Virus record (IMG/VR): IMGVR_UViG_3300028920_000041
Span: 1 to 64,000 of that record
Length of the DNA: 64,000 nt
Strand: one strand, 5' to 3'
Source of the DNA: a virus
Part shown: positions 53,692-62,345 of the stretch, one piece after another
Layout: each line of letters starts with the position of its first letter
How positions within the stretch are numbered: the stretch's first letter is position 1
The notes under the pieces: model-generated
The model's database searches: none
Told to the model about the DNA's origin: nothing
Seen by the model: the letters and a program-made list of their open reading frames with translations, nothing else
Program-made: the position numbers and the translations under genes

Positions 53692-54581
53692 TGGAGAGAA
53701 TCATGCAAGACAGAATGTCCCTGATCGAAGAGCAAGTAGAAGGTTTGATTGATCTCGTTCTGGACGGGGAAGATGCGAATGACTTGATGGAAGGTGTGTA
53801 TAGTGAGATTAACGAGGGTCCTGGTAACGGTCCTTATCACATCGGCTCTAAGGTCAAAGTCAATACAGGTTGGTCCGGGCAAGGAATCGATGGAAGCAAC
53901 GTCAATGTGTCCAAGGGCGACGTTGTCTCTGTTGTCTTGGCTAACTTAGGTGAGGAAGGCCAGGATCGTATGGTCCTCTTAGCAGACGGTAAGACCCGTG
54001 TAGTGGTTCCGTTTGCTATCTTGGGTGAAGGCCTCGAAGAGCAGAGCATGATGCATGGCCCAAAGGGACATGTTGTTAAATCTGCCAAAGGCAAGCTAGG
54101 TGGTATGGTCCAAGGCAGAGCACAGGGTGATGCGACAACTCCTGAACAGAGCATGTTAAAGCCAATTCCGGGCACTCGTAAGCCAAGCTCTCTGCAGTCC
54201 AAATCCATTGGTAAAGCAAAGCCAAAGGGTGACCCAACAGCCCAGATGCAAGGCCAGATGGTACCTTCTACTATCTCTGGAAAGACAGTAGAGCAAGTAG
54301 TGGATGAAGTTCTTTCCAGGTTTGAAGAAATCAGTGAAAAAGACGCTAGTGCACAGTCGCTAAGCGAAATGTTGGTTTCTGAAGATGATGAGATCATGTA
54401 TGCCATTATGCATGAGGCTCTCTTTGGTGAAGGTGAGTGCACACTAGATACTCTGCAGGGACTTGCAGAGATGATGAAAGACAAAAAGAAGAAGAACAAG
54501 AAAGACGATGACGAAGAAGGATACACTGAAGAAGACATTGACGAGATCTTCAGTGCTATGCACGAAGCATCGATGAGTTAA
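53691..54581 (+). CDS. acidic putative scaffold/prohead core protein (motif A)
   Basis: GLIDLVLDGEDANDLME; many x-x-E junctions; KDKKKKNKKDDDEE tail like that of the 40099 protein. Confidence 0.6.
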   Translation: MERIMQDRMSLIEEQVEGLIDLVLDGEDANDLMEGVYSEINEGPGNGPYHIGSKVKVNTGWSGQGIDGSNVNVSKGDVVSVVLANLGEEGQDRMVLLADGKTRVVVPFAILGEGLEEQSMMHGPKGHVVKSAKGKLGGMVQGRAQGDATTPEQSMLKPIPGTRKPSSLQSKSIGKAKPKGDPTAQMQGQMVPSTISGKTVEQVVDEVLSRFEEISEKDASAQSLSEMLVSEDDEIMYAIMHEALFGEGECTLDTLQGLAEMMKDKKKKNKKDDDEEGYTEEDIDEIFSAMHEASMS

Positions 54582-54650
54582 TCTCAACTCATCACAAGTT
54601 GGTACAGACCAACTTAACACACAAGGTACAGACCTAAAAGGAGTAGGAAC

Positions 54651-55271
54651 ATGAGCGCAGTTCATCAGGGTTTTGGTGCCGCACTTGAAAACGCTGCAAC
54701 AGAGATTATGAGGATCGGGGAAGCCAAGGGACCGATTACTTTGTCCGTGAAACACGTGGATGAAGATGGTGGTCTTTTGGTTGTTCAGGTATCTCGTAAG
54801 AGTGACGGGGCATTGGTAGCGCTTGCCGAGGAAACAGCCGTTACCGATGAAGATACGGCATATGACGGCGATGCTTCGGAACTGGTCTTTACGGGTCAGG
54901 CTCTTGACAACACGCCTATCGTTCCAGGCTCAGTGACGATCAAGCCTACTGCAGGTGGTAACACCGTTAACCTGGTTGACACCAATGCAGATGGTATTCT
55001 GTACACTGATGACGTTGATGCAGACGTGGCCGGGAGTGTTAACTACTTCACTGGTGATCTTGAGCTGTCTTTCCCGAGTGGCAAAGACCCGGCTGCTACG
55101 AACATCTTGGCTGACTACAGCTATGGTGTTGGTGTTAACGTGCTCGGTACCAGGAATTTCCAGATCCAGTACTTCTCTGCAGCGGTTGACTTTGAGACGC
55201 TGATTGTCAAGGCGGCTGCAGCATCTAGTTCCAGGGTTCGTATTGAGGCCTATCAGTCAACGGTCGGCTAA
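54651..55271 (+). CDS. putative virion structural protein
   Basis: NTPIVPGSVTI...GILY...GSVNYFTGDLELSF, a beta module seen in sheath/baseplate proteins; AAAAGGAG RBS. Confidence 0.6.
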   Translation: MSAVHQGFGAALENAATEIMRIGEAKGPITLSVKHVDEDGGLLVVQVSRKSDGALVALAEETAVTDEDTAYDGDASELVFTGQALDNTPIVPGSVTIKPTAGGNTVNLVDTNADGILYTDDVDADVAGSVNYFTGDLELSFPSGKDPAATNILADYSYGVGVNVLGTRNFQIQYFSAAVDFETLIVKAAAASSSRVRIEAYQSTVG

Positions 55272-55284
55272 CAGGTAGGTTTTT

Positions 55285-55346
55285 GGCACCGTAGGGGGTG
55301 ATTTGGAGCATGCTTCCCTGTGCGATCACCCCCTACGGTACCTTTT
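55285..55346 (+). terminator. long-stem hairpin, probable terminator or processing site
   Basis: ACCGTAGGGGGTGAT/ATCACCCCCTACGGT perfect 15-bp stem, 22-nt loop, T-runs on both sides. Confidence 0.7.
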
Positions 55347-55357
55347 AGGACAATCAA

Positions 55358-55612
55358 ATGCCAAGACGACATGGATGGTTGCAAGACTATCACCAAGAGT
55401 TAGACCATGGTCCAGAAAGGTCTATCCAGGTGAACAATGGTTCTAGCACGCCACAAGCGCAGCCAAGTCCTGTAACTGTCAATGTGAATATCAATCTAGG
55501 GGACATTATAAGCCAGTTAATTAAGGGCCAGAAGACAACGAAAGAGGCTCTTGAAGAGATAGTTCAAGAAAGTCACAATAGAAAGAGATTGCTGATCGAA
55601 GATGAAGATTGA
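55358..55612 (+). CDS. hypothetical protein
   Basis: AGGA RBS; 84 aa. Confidence 0.6.
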   Translation: MPRRHGWLQDYHQELDHGPERSIQVNNGSSTPQAQPSPVTVNVNINLGDIISQLIKGQKTTKEALEEIVQESHNRKRLLIEDED

Positions 55613-55719
55613 GGGAGTGATTTACAGGTACATACAGCCTGATAAGTGCATAGTTGCTAAGAAGGTATACCCTAGTAGACTTATCCTGTTGAAAGAGATT
55701 AAGGCAAAAAAGGTCAAAG

Positions 55720-56085
55720 ATGGCAGTTCCGATCAATAAAGCAATTTACTTCAGAAGCTACACGTTCGAAACACTGACAGAAAAGACAAGCGGGCCAGCA
55801 CAGTTTGTAGGGGTTCAAGGTGTTGTGTTCTACTGCAAGTCAACACAAGCTGGCATTCTACATATAGACATCAAAGTAGGATCTAATTGGGAAGAGCTTA
55901 CCGAGGAAACAGTCAGAGAAAACAAACTGCATGTATTGGATGTAGGATTCTATATCCCAGAGGCAAGAGTGAGGTTTGAACCAAAGGTAATCAACGCAGT
56001 GTTCTCAGCGTCTGCTTTTGGTTATCCATCTGTTTATGTCCGTGAGGACTTGAGTATCTTTGATACAGAAAGAGATCAGTTCTAG
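55720..56085 (+). CDS. beta-rich putative structural protein
   Basis: Jelly-roll-like alternating pattern; structural block context. Confidence 0.6.
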   Translation: MAVPINKAIYFRSYTFETLTEKTSGPAQFVGVQGVVFYCKSTQAGILHIDIKVGSNWEELTEETVRENKLHVLDVGFYIPEARVRFEPKVINAVFSASAFGYPSVYVREDLSIFDTERDQF

Positions 56086-56288
56086 TGGCAGGTGGGGCTA
56101 CAGTACACAAGCTTGGCAAGCGTCCTCTACACAATCCCGAGGAAGGACCAAACCCGGAGCTTGTGTTAACGTGGTCCGGAGATGAATTGATCTATATTGA
56201 TAAGACTATCGGTGAAATAAAGTATCGTAAGACGTTAACATGGACTGCTGGTAACTTAACTTCTATAAGCGAATGGGTTGAGCAGTGA
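56085..56288 (+). CDS. small beta-hairpin-repeat structural protein
   Basis: LVLTWSGDELIYI...KTLTWTAGNLTSI. Confidence 0.6.
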   Translation: MAGGATVHKLGKRPLHNPEEGPNPELVLTWSGDELIYIDKTIGEIKYRKTLTWTAGNLTSISEWVEQ

Positions 56289-56289
56289 T

Positions 56290-56634
56290 ATGGCAAAGCA
56301 TACCCATTTTGTACTGGACTTTGAAGAAGGGGAAATAATAGGGCTTGCTTTACCTGTTGAAGCCAATGGAAGCTCTTCGGCAGGGAATGAAGTAACAGCA
56401 GTTCTTTCTGGATCAATCGACGGGTCAAACAGAGTGTTCGCTTTCCCTGTACCTGTGGTTTATGAAGGTGATGGTGGTGTTCAACCAAAGGTTTACCATG
56501 GGCCAAGAAGGCTGACTCCAGATCATATTGTCATATACGAGTCAAGTCCTGGTAGCTCTGGTTATGATAGGGTGCGGCTAAAGTGGTTCGCACCTAGAAG
56601 AAACAGCATCATTGCAGACTTCGTAGCCGCATAG
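56290..56634 (+). CDS. putative structural protein
   Basis: LSGSIDGSNRVFAF motif; ATG 56290. Confidence 0.6.
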   Translation: MAKHTHFVLDFEEGEIIGLALPVEANGSSSAGNEVTAVLSGSIDGSNRVFAFPVPVVYEGDGGVQPKVYHGPRRLTPDHIVIYESSPGSSGYDRVRLKWFAPRRNSIIADFVAA

Positions 56635-56646
56635 GAGGAAAGCCTC

Positions 56647-58599
56647 ATGTCTGGAATTCTTGATAACCTTATTGACCCTTTCAAAGACATCGGCGGTATT
56701 GATACCGCAGATCAGGCAAAGACCCTTGCCGATGAAAATTCCGGTATTGGTGATAGCGTCCAAACAGGGACAGGTGACTCCCTTACAGCGCCGGTATCCA
56801 ATGAGCAGACTTTAACGGATTCAGGCGCAACCTTTGTTGCTGCAGACATTGGCCGGTTTATTGTCATCAGTGGTGCGACCAATGGTGGCAATAACGGAAC
56901 CTTTCTTGTTACCGAGTTTGTTGATGTAAATAACATTAAGATCTTGAATTCCTCTGGTGTTGTAGAAACCAGTTCGTTTAGCTGGGACATCAGAGAGCCT
57001 TATATGATCGGTGACGATATCAACTTTGCTCGTACCGATAGAAAACTCATCAAAGGCACTACCAACTACTATGATGCTGTTCCGACTTATGAGCGGCCTA
57101 CAGCTATCGGTACTGACGTTGATGCAAACCTGACAAACTTAGCAGGTAAGACAGCGGATGCTTTGACCACTGTCAGGAATGTTAAGCAGGAAGGTATCAA
57201 GCTTCGTCCATCGATTACCGATGGTGATGCAACGCTAGCTATTGGTGATGAGACTTTCACCACAACGAACTATCACTTTACTTCAGACGATCTGAATTCG
57301 TTTATCACAATCAGTGGGTCAACGGATGCAGACGGTACTTACCGTATTAAGACAGTAACAAGTGGTAACACACTTGAACTTGATGGACTCAATAGCGCCA
57401 CAGCAGAGGGAACCATTACATGGGTCCTGGAAGCAGATTTGAAGGGCGTTCTTTCTTCCAGGAAGTATGCAGACGCTGCCAATAGGATCGGTCTTCCTAT
57501 TGCTGATAGCGGCGAGTATGACGAAACAAACTATGATGCTACTTACACCATGGTTGCCAATGGTGTTTCCGGTGGTGGGTCACCCCAAGAGGAAGATGGG
57601 GATGGGATTTATGGTCGTATGTTTGGTGATGAAAAAGATCCAAACAACACGACTTCAAATGAGGATACCAGGTTCTTTGTCCAGCTTGTTACCGGAGACA
57701 ATGACGGGACAGCCGTAGACAGCTCGTTAGAGGCTATCTCTGGTAGATCTGGTGCTGCAGCGTCGTTAGCGGGTAGCAATACCAATGTCTCTGGCCTTTC
57801 AGGCATGGTAACTGAGGACATTGGTCGATACATCTCCATTTGGAACCTTGCAGCCGATGAAGCAGGTCACTATCTCATTACTGCTGTGGTTTCTGCTACG
57901 GAAGTTACAGTAAGCCGTGGTTCTAGCTTCACAGCAGATGCTTCCGGAGCTATCAACTGGCAGGTTTCTAGGCATCCCGATACTTGGGATTTCTATAACG
58001 GTGATAGGTACCGCAACGATCAACTTGATGAAGCGTGGGCAAGAACGCTTTTGGTTGGTGGTCTGGTTTCTGGTAGCGAAGTCACCGGCGCTATTGATGA
58101 CTTGAGAGAGTTTGTTGGTGCTGCTGCTGGTGACACGACGCCAGGACTTACCAACACAGGTAACTACTACACGTTTTCAGATCTTGCTAATCCTGCAGAT
58201 ACGAGCCTTGAAGAAGCTGTCAACGTTATCAACCAAGAGATTGGGTCTAGAGACTACTCTGCAGGTGCTATTGCCAATGTTTCAGGCCTTGCAGACGGAC
58301 AGGACATCACAGCCAGTATTGAGGCTATCGCGCTGGCTATCGGTGCTTCGTCTGTAACCAGAACCATTGAAAGGCTTGCTGCTGCTATCCCCAAAAACAC
58401 AGCTTATACTATCCCGGTAACGTACACACTTGATGGGACAGGCAACGGTCGGAACCTTTGGGTTTTTGTCAGAGGGGTTCTGCAAGATCCTGGCACCAAA
58501 GCTGCTGGAGACAACTACGCTGAAACGTCTACTACACAGCTTACGTTCTATAAGCTTGTTTCAAGTGGAGACCACATCAACTACTTCTTACTCCAGTAA
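56647..58599 (+). CDS. 650-aa acidic beta-rich virion appendage/fibre protein with three internal repeats
   Basis: Repeats DIGRFIVISG..NGTFLV, DLNSFITISG..DGTYRI, DIGRYISI..AGHYLI; AGGAGG RBS. Confidence 0.7.
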   Translation: MSGILDNLIDPFKDIGGIDTADQAKTLADENSGIGDSVQTGTGDSLTAPVSNEQTLTDSGATFVAADIGRFIVISGATNGGNNGTFLVTEFVDVNNIKILNSSGVVETSSFSWDIREPYMIGDDINFARTDRKLIKGTTNYYDAVPTYERPTAIGTDVDANLTNLAGKTADALTTVRNVKQEGIKLRPSITDGDATLAIGDETFTTTNYHFTSDDLNSFITISGSTDADGTYRIKTVTSGNTLELDGLNSATAEGTITWVLEADLKGVLSSRKYADAANRIGLPIADSGEYDETNYDATYTMVANGVSGGGSPQEEDGDGIYGRMFGDEKDPNNTTSNEDTRFFVQLVTGDNDGTAVDSSLEAISGRSGAAASLAGSNTNVSGLSGMVTEDIGRYISIWNLAADEAGHYLITAVVSATEVTVSRGSSFTADASGAINWQVSRHPDTWDFYNGDRYRNDQLDEAWARTLLVGGLVSGSEVTGAIDDLREFVGAAAGDTTPGLTNTGNYYTFSDLANPADTSLEEAVNVINQEIGSRDYSAGAIANVSGLADGQDITASIEAIALAIGASSVTRTIERLAAAIPKNTAYTIPVTYTLDGTGNGRNLWVFVRGVLQDPGTKAAGDNYAETSTTQLTFYKLVSSGDHINYFLLQ

Positions 58600-58607
58600 T
58601 CAGTAAC

Positions 58608-58829
58608 ATGCTAAAAGCCAACCTCACCCTTAATCATTTGCTGGAAGATCACGAACTATATCCTCGCAACGGTTTGTGTAAGTCTGGTCATAAGGTTGAG
58701 GGTGAGGTTAGGTTCTTTTATATCTCTGGTGAAACCCTACCAAGCCATAGGTGGGGTGCTTACTGTGAAGGTTGTGTCAAAGCAGCGTTTGACTTGAACC
58801 ATGCAAGGAAGACTAATGTCAACAGATGA
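58608..58829 (+). CDS. small zinc-finger protein
   Basis: CKSGH...YCEGC. Confidence 0.55.
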   Translation: MLKANLTLNHLLEDHELYPRNGLCKSGHKVEGEVRFFYISGETLPSHRWGAYCEGCVKAAFDLNHARKTNVNR

Positions 58830-59352
58830 AGTGTCAACAGCTCAAAAGAGGCATGGTACGCTAAGAGAAAACATCGCTAGGCTTAGAGTAGAGCTTCGTT
58901 CTTTGCTCGAAATGGGTGCTGGTATAGGGGACTTTGAAGTTATCTTGTTTCGGTTGTTGAAAGAGTTTGAGACGAGTAGGATAAGAGCAGAAGCAGCACA
59001 TAGAGATCTAGAGAAGAAACTAGCTTATGTGGAAGCAGATATTCGCGCTGCATCGGCTTACAGTGAATCTTTGATTACACTTGTCGAAGGCTATCGCAGC
59101 GAAGCCAAACAAAAGCAAGAAAAAGTGGAGTATAAGCTTACAGAAGATGTTATTCAGAATGTTTGTGCTTGTGGTTGTACGGACGAAGAGGACGAAAAAG
59201 AGTGTAAATGTTCTTGTCATCAAGGGACTCCTTGTGATGTTCCATGGTGTGTACCTTGCAGGGAGATAGAAGGTGTGAAGCCAACACCACATCCACATGC
59301 TAGAAACAAAACTACGCCACTCCATGGATCTGCCCGGCCCGGAACACAGTAA
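58816..59352 (+). CDS. coiled-coil protein with metallothionein-like Cys-rich tail
   Basis: CACGC...CKCSCH...CDVPWCVPC. Confidence 0.7.
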   Translation: MSTDEVSTAQKRHGTLRENIARLRVELRSLLEMGAGIGDFEVILFRLLKEFETSRIRAEAAHRDLEKKLAYVEADIRAASAYSESLITLVEGYRSEAKQKQEKVEYKLTEDVIQNVCACGCTDEEDEKECKCSCHQGTPCDVPWCVPCREIEGVKPTPHPHARNKTTPLHGSARPGTQ

Positions 59353-60077
59353 TGACAGGTCTTCGTAAAGCAGACTTTGTTGATGTTGAGATTGTGGACC
59401 AAGAAGAGCTTGGTTCTGATGGCTCTTTGTCCATATTCACCGGAGCTACTGTTACTTCGTGTACGTCTTCAACAAAGAGGGTTGTCTGTTCAGGAACCCT
59501 CTTCATAAACGGTGATACAGATGAAACACTGGAGCCAAAAGACGTTGTCACAATAGCAGGATCTACAGCCGCAGATGGAACGTACACAGTAGACTCTATT
59601 GTCAGTGATACTGAATTTGATGTAGTTGAAGCTATATCAGACTCTACAGGCGGAACGCTAAGCGCGGTTCACCCTCCAGGAGCTAGGAAAGTAGGATTTG
59701 ATTCAACAGGCCTTACACATACAACAGCAGACAATTTACAAGATGCAATAGAAGATCTAGACGGGGCAATTTCTGATGGGGGTATAACAGAAGCCCAACA
59801 CGAAGCTCTTGATACCCTAACCCATGATCTGACAGAGAGCCACACGGTTACTATTACTAAAGCGTCTGGTAAGGTATCTCAAGTACTAGCTGAAGTCACT
59901 CCAGGCGGTACGGATATTAGGAAGGTAGATATACTGACTAGAACGGGCGGTAAAGTGAATACTCTTCGAGTCACACAGTATGCAGCAAATGGAACGACTA
60001 TAGAAAGACAACTTGATTTAACTCTCAATCGAACGGACGGTAAAGTAACGTCTATCACCGTAGTAAGGACTGTGTGA
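59352..60077 (+). CDS. putative fibre/appendage protein
   Basis: Shares the DVVTIAGS..DGTYTV repeat with the 650-aa protein; ADNLQDAIEDLD; C-terminal beta-hairpin repeats. Confidence 0.65.
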   Translation: MTGLRKADFVDVEIVDQEELGSDGSLSIFTGATVTSCTSSTKRVVCSGTLFINGDTDETLEPKDVVTIAGSTAADGTYTVDSIVSDTEFDVVEAISDSTGGTLSAVHPPGARKVGFDSTGLTHTTADNLQDAIEDLDGAISDGGITEAQHEALDTLTHDLTESHTVTITKASGKVSQVLAEVTPGGTDIRKVDILTRTGGKVNTLRVTQYAANGTTIERQLDLTLNRTDGKVTSITVVRTV

Positions 60078-60078
60078 T

Positions 60079-60708
60079 ATGTTCTTTATTGTCGAAGTAG
60101 ACAATGACGGGTTCCAGATACTGGACGTAAACGGCAACCCAATCATCTCTAAAGATAGGGGTGACGGAGATAGGTTAGGCGTTGATGCTACTATTGCTCC
60201 AGGCCAATCAATCAGTTTAGAGCCTGTCTCATCTAACGTAAGCCAGTCCTTTAGGGAATACTGTGAGAATGGTGGTTCTGAAGATCTAAGGGTTGATGGG
60301 AGTAGCTCTGCTGTTGATTTTGTGGTTAATGCTGACGCTACCGATGATATTCGTATAAGTGAAATTCGTTTTTTGTTAACTATAACCAATTTCAGAGAGA
60401 ATGGATCTATGTTTGGACAAGATCCAGAGCTTACCAATGGTATCCTCTTGTCTATTAGGTCGAATAGCATTGATAAAGACTTAATCAATATTACGCTATC
60501 GGAGCATTTTAGAGAGTTATTTAGTCATTCAGGAACAACGGTAGATCGTAGCGGCAATAATGATGTGGTTAGTGCTGGTATTTATTTTGGTGGTGCTGTT
60601 TCTCTTGTCGGAGGGAGCAGTGATTATGTCAGAGTTAGAGTTAGAGATGATCTGACTGATAATGAGTATAAGTATTTTACATGCACAGTCACAGGAATCA
60701 AAGGTTAG
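60079..60708 (+). CDS. putative virion protein, paralogue 1 of the VDGS...ELTNG family
   Basis: LRVDGSSSAVDF...MFGQDPELTNGILL. Confidence 0.65.
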   Translation: MFFIVEVDNDGFQILDVNGNPIISKDRGDGDRLGVDATIAPGQSISLEPVSSNVSQSFREYCENGGSEDLRVDGSSSAVDFVVNADATDDIRISEIRFLLTITNFRENGSMFGQDPELTNGILLSIRSNSIDKDLINITLSEHFRELFSHSGTTVDRSGNNDVVSAGIYFGGAVSLVGGSSDYVRVRVRDDLTDNEYKYFTCTVTGIKG

Positions 60709-60711
60709 ACT

Positions 60712-61950
60712 ATGCCGGTCACTACTGAAGAGTCTAAGGGCTTAAATGCTTCTGACGAAGAGACTCCTTTACGGATAGATGTTAACAACCGTTTGTTGGT
60801 TTCTACACAAGATGAACTTCATCCTGGTTTTCTTGCTGTAAAGACAACTGCTGCAGCTTTACCCGCTTGCATTACTTCTACAGGGACAGCGCCTTTTGCT
60901 ATTGGTGGCGAGACGCTCAATATCAAGGTCAACGGGGTGGCGCAGTCCGTAACGTTTTCGACGACGCCTGCCACGGCCGGAACGTCAACATCTGACTACG
61001 ACCCAGCCACCTCGAATGCGTCGAAGAACAAGTTCAAGATCAGCATTGATGGTGGGGCTTCTACAGAAATTGAAATTAGTAAGAGTCTGACAAGTGGTGT
61101 GGCTATAGCCGCTGATATTGAGGATGAAATTCAGTCTGAGGTACCTAACGGTGGTAGCGCAACGTGTGACTATGATTCATCTGCTCCGGGTAAATATCGT
61201 GTTACAAGCGGTACCACAGGATCTAGTTCTAGTGTAGTTATTGTTGATTCTGGTAAGAGCAATATGGCTGCTATCTTAAAAATGGGAGTAGTCAATGGAG
61301 GACTTGAGATTGTAGGCACAGATGCTAACTCGTATAGTGTTTATGATGTTGTTGAAGAGCTAAACTCTCAGCTTTCAGATATTAGTGCATATGTTATTGA
61401 TGGTGATGTTGCAATAAAAACACTAGATATAGGGGCTTCTACAACCTTAGAAGTGACCGGAGGGGCAGCCAATACAGATCTAGGATTCACGACAGACGAA
61501 GTAACAGGCTCTGCACCTTCCGGAGCAACAGATTTAGCTGTAGATGGCAGTTCAGTACCTGTGGTTTTTAGAGTACCGCTTCATTCTCAGTACAAGTACG
61601 TTGTTACAAGGATCGTTTATGCTATCCGTGATGCCTCTGCTTCCAACAATACATTTGGAGGACTCGCAGAGCTAACAAATGGAGTCAAGGTGGAGGTTGA
61701 AAACTACAGTGAGCCATTACACGAATGGTTTATCGTTAAGACGAATTCAGAGTTACTCTCTCGGGCTGGTAGAGGTCAGCTCATAATCAGTGCATACGCT
61801 ACAGACGATCTTGTGTATGCTGATTTTGTTCTGAGCCCCGGTATTGTTTTAAGACCCGGAAGCTCTGACACTGTGCAGTTTACAGTTCAAGATGATCTGT
61901 CCGGTCTTACAGCGTTCGATATATTGGCAGAAGGATACTTGTATACATGA
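60712..61950 (+). CDS. putative virion protein, paralogue 2 of the VDGS...ELTNG family
   Basis: LAVDGSSVPVVF...TFGGLAELTNGVKV preceded by a long S/T/G-rich beta region. Confidence 0.65.
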   Translation: MPVTTEESKGLNASDEETPLRIDVNNRLLVSTQDELHPGFLAVKTTAAALPACITSTGTAPFAIGGETLNIKVNGVAQSVTFSTTPATAGTSTSDYDPATSNASKNKFKISIDGGASTEIEISKSLTSGVAIAADIEDEIQSEVPNGGSATCDYDSSAPGKYRVTSGTTGSSSSVVIVDSGKSNMAAILKMGVVNGGLEIVGTDANSYSVYDVVEELNSQLSDISAYVIDGDVAIKTLDIGASTTLEVTGGAANTDLGFTTDEVTGSAPSGATDLAVDGSSVPVVFRVPLHSQYKYVVTRIVYAIRDASASNNTFGGLAELTNGVKVEVENYSEPLHEWFIVKTNSELLSRAGRGQLIISAYATDDLVYADFVLSPGIVLRPGSSDTVQFTVQDDLSGLTAFDILAEGYLYT

Positions 61951-62345
61951 GAATTTGTGCTGAATGTGCAGCTTGTTGTCGGTCCCTTATAGTTGAAGAA
62001 CTTTCTAAGCCAACTAATACGAAGTGTAGGTTCCAAGACATTGGATGTTTGGTTTACCACAATAGGCCTAAGTCTTGTAGAGGCTTCGATTGTGCTTGGA
62101 AGATTAATATGATCGGGTTTGAGTCAGAGAGCATGAGACCTGATAGGTGTGGTATTGTAGCAACTCCTTGCTCTACAGATCATGGTACTGGGTTAGCTCT
62201 TTTCGAAGTATGGTTAGATGCTGCTATAGACAGTCGTATACAAGACATCATCATAAAGTACAACAAAAGATATCCTATCATGATAGTTCCTCCAAGTGGC
62301 AATAAAGGTAACCTCTTCGATATACATGGTGCACTATGCGAGTAG
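61947..62345 (+). CDS. YkgJ-like cysteine-cluster protein
   Basis: CAECAACC...TKCRF...CLVYHNRPKSCRGFDCAW. Confidence 0.8.
   Translation: MRICAECAACCRSLIVEELSKPTNTKCRFQDIGCLVYHNRPKSCRGFDCAWKINMIGFESESMRPDRCGIVATPCSTDHGTGLALFEVWLDAAIDSRIQDIIIKYNKRYPIMIVPPSGNKGNLFDIHGALCE

Noticed and set aside
53837-54538. 233-aa minus-strand ORF
   Set aside because: Antisense shadow of the acidic 53691 gene; Ser-rich, no RBS.
54651-55271. Major capsid protein or tail sheath
   Set aside because: Too short (206 aa) and lacks recognisable HK97-fold or sheath core motifs; only a small shared beta module is evident.
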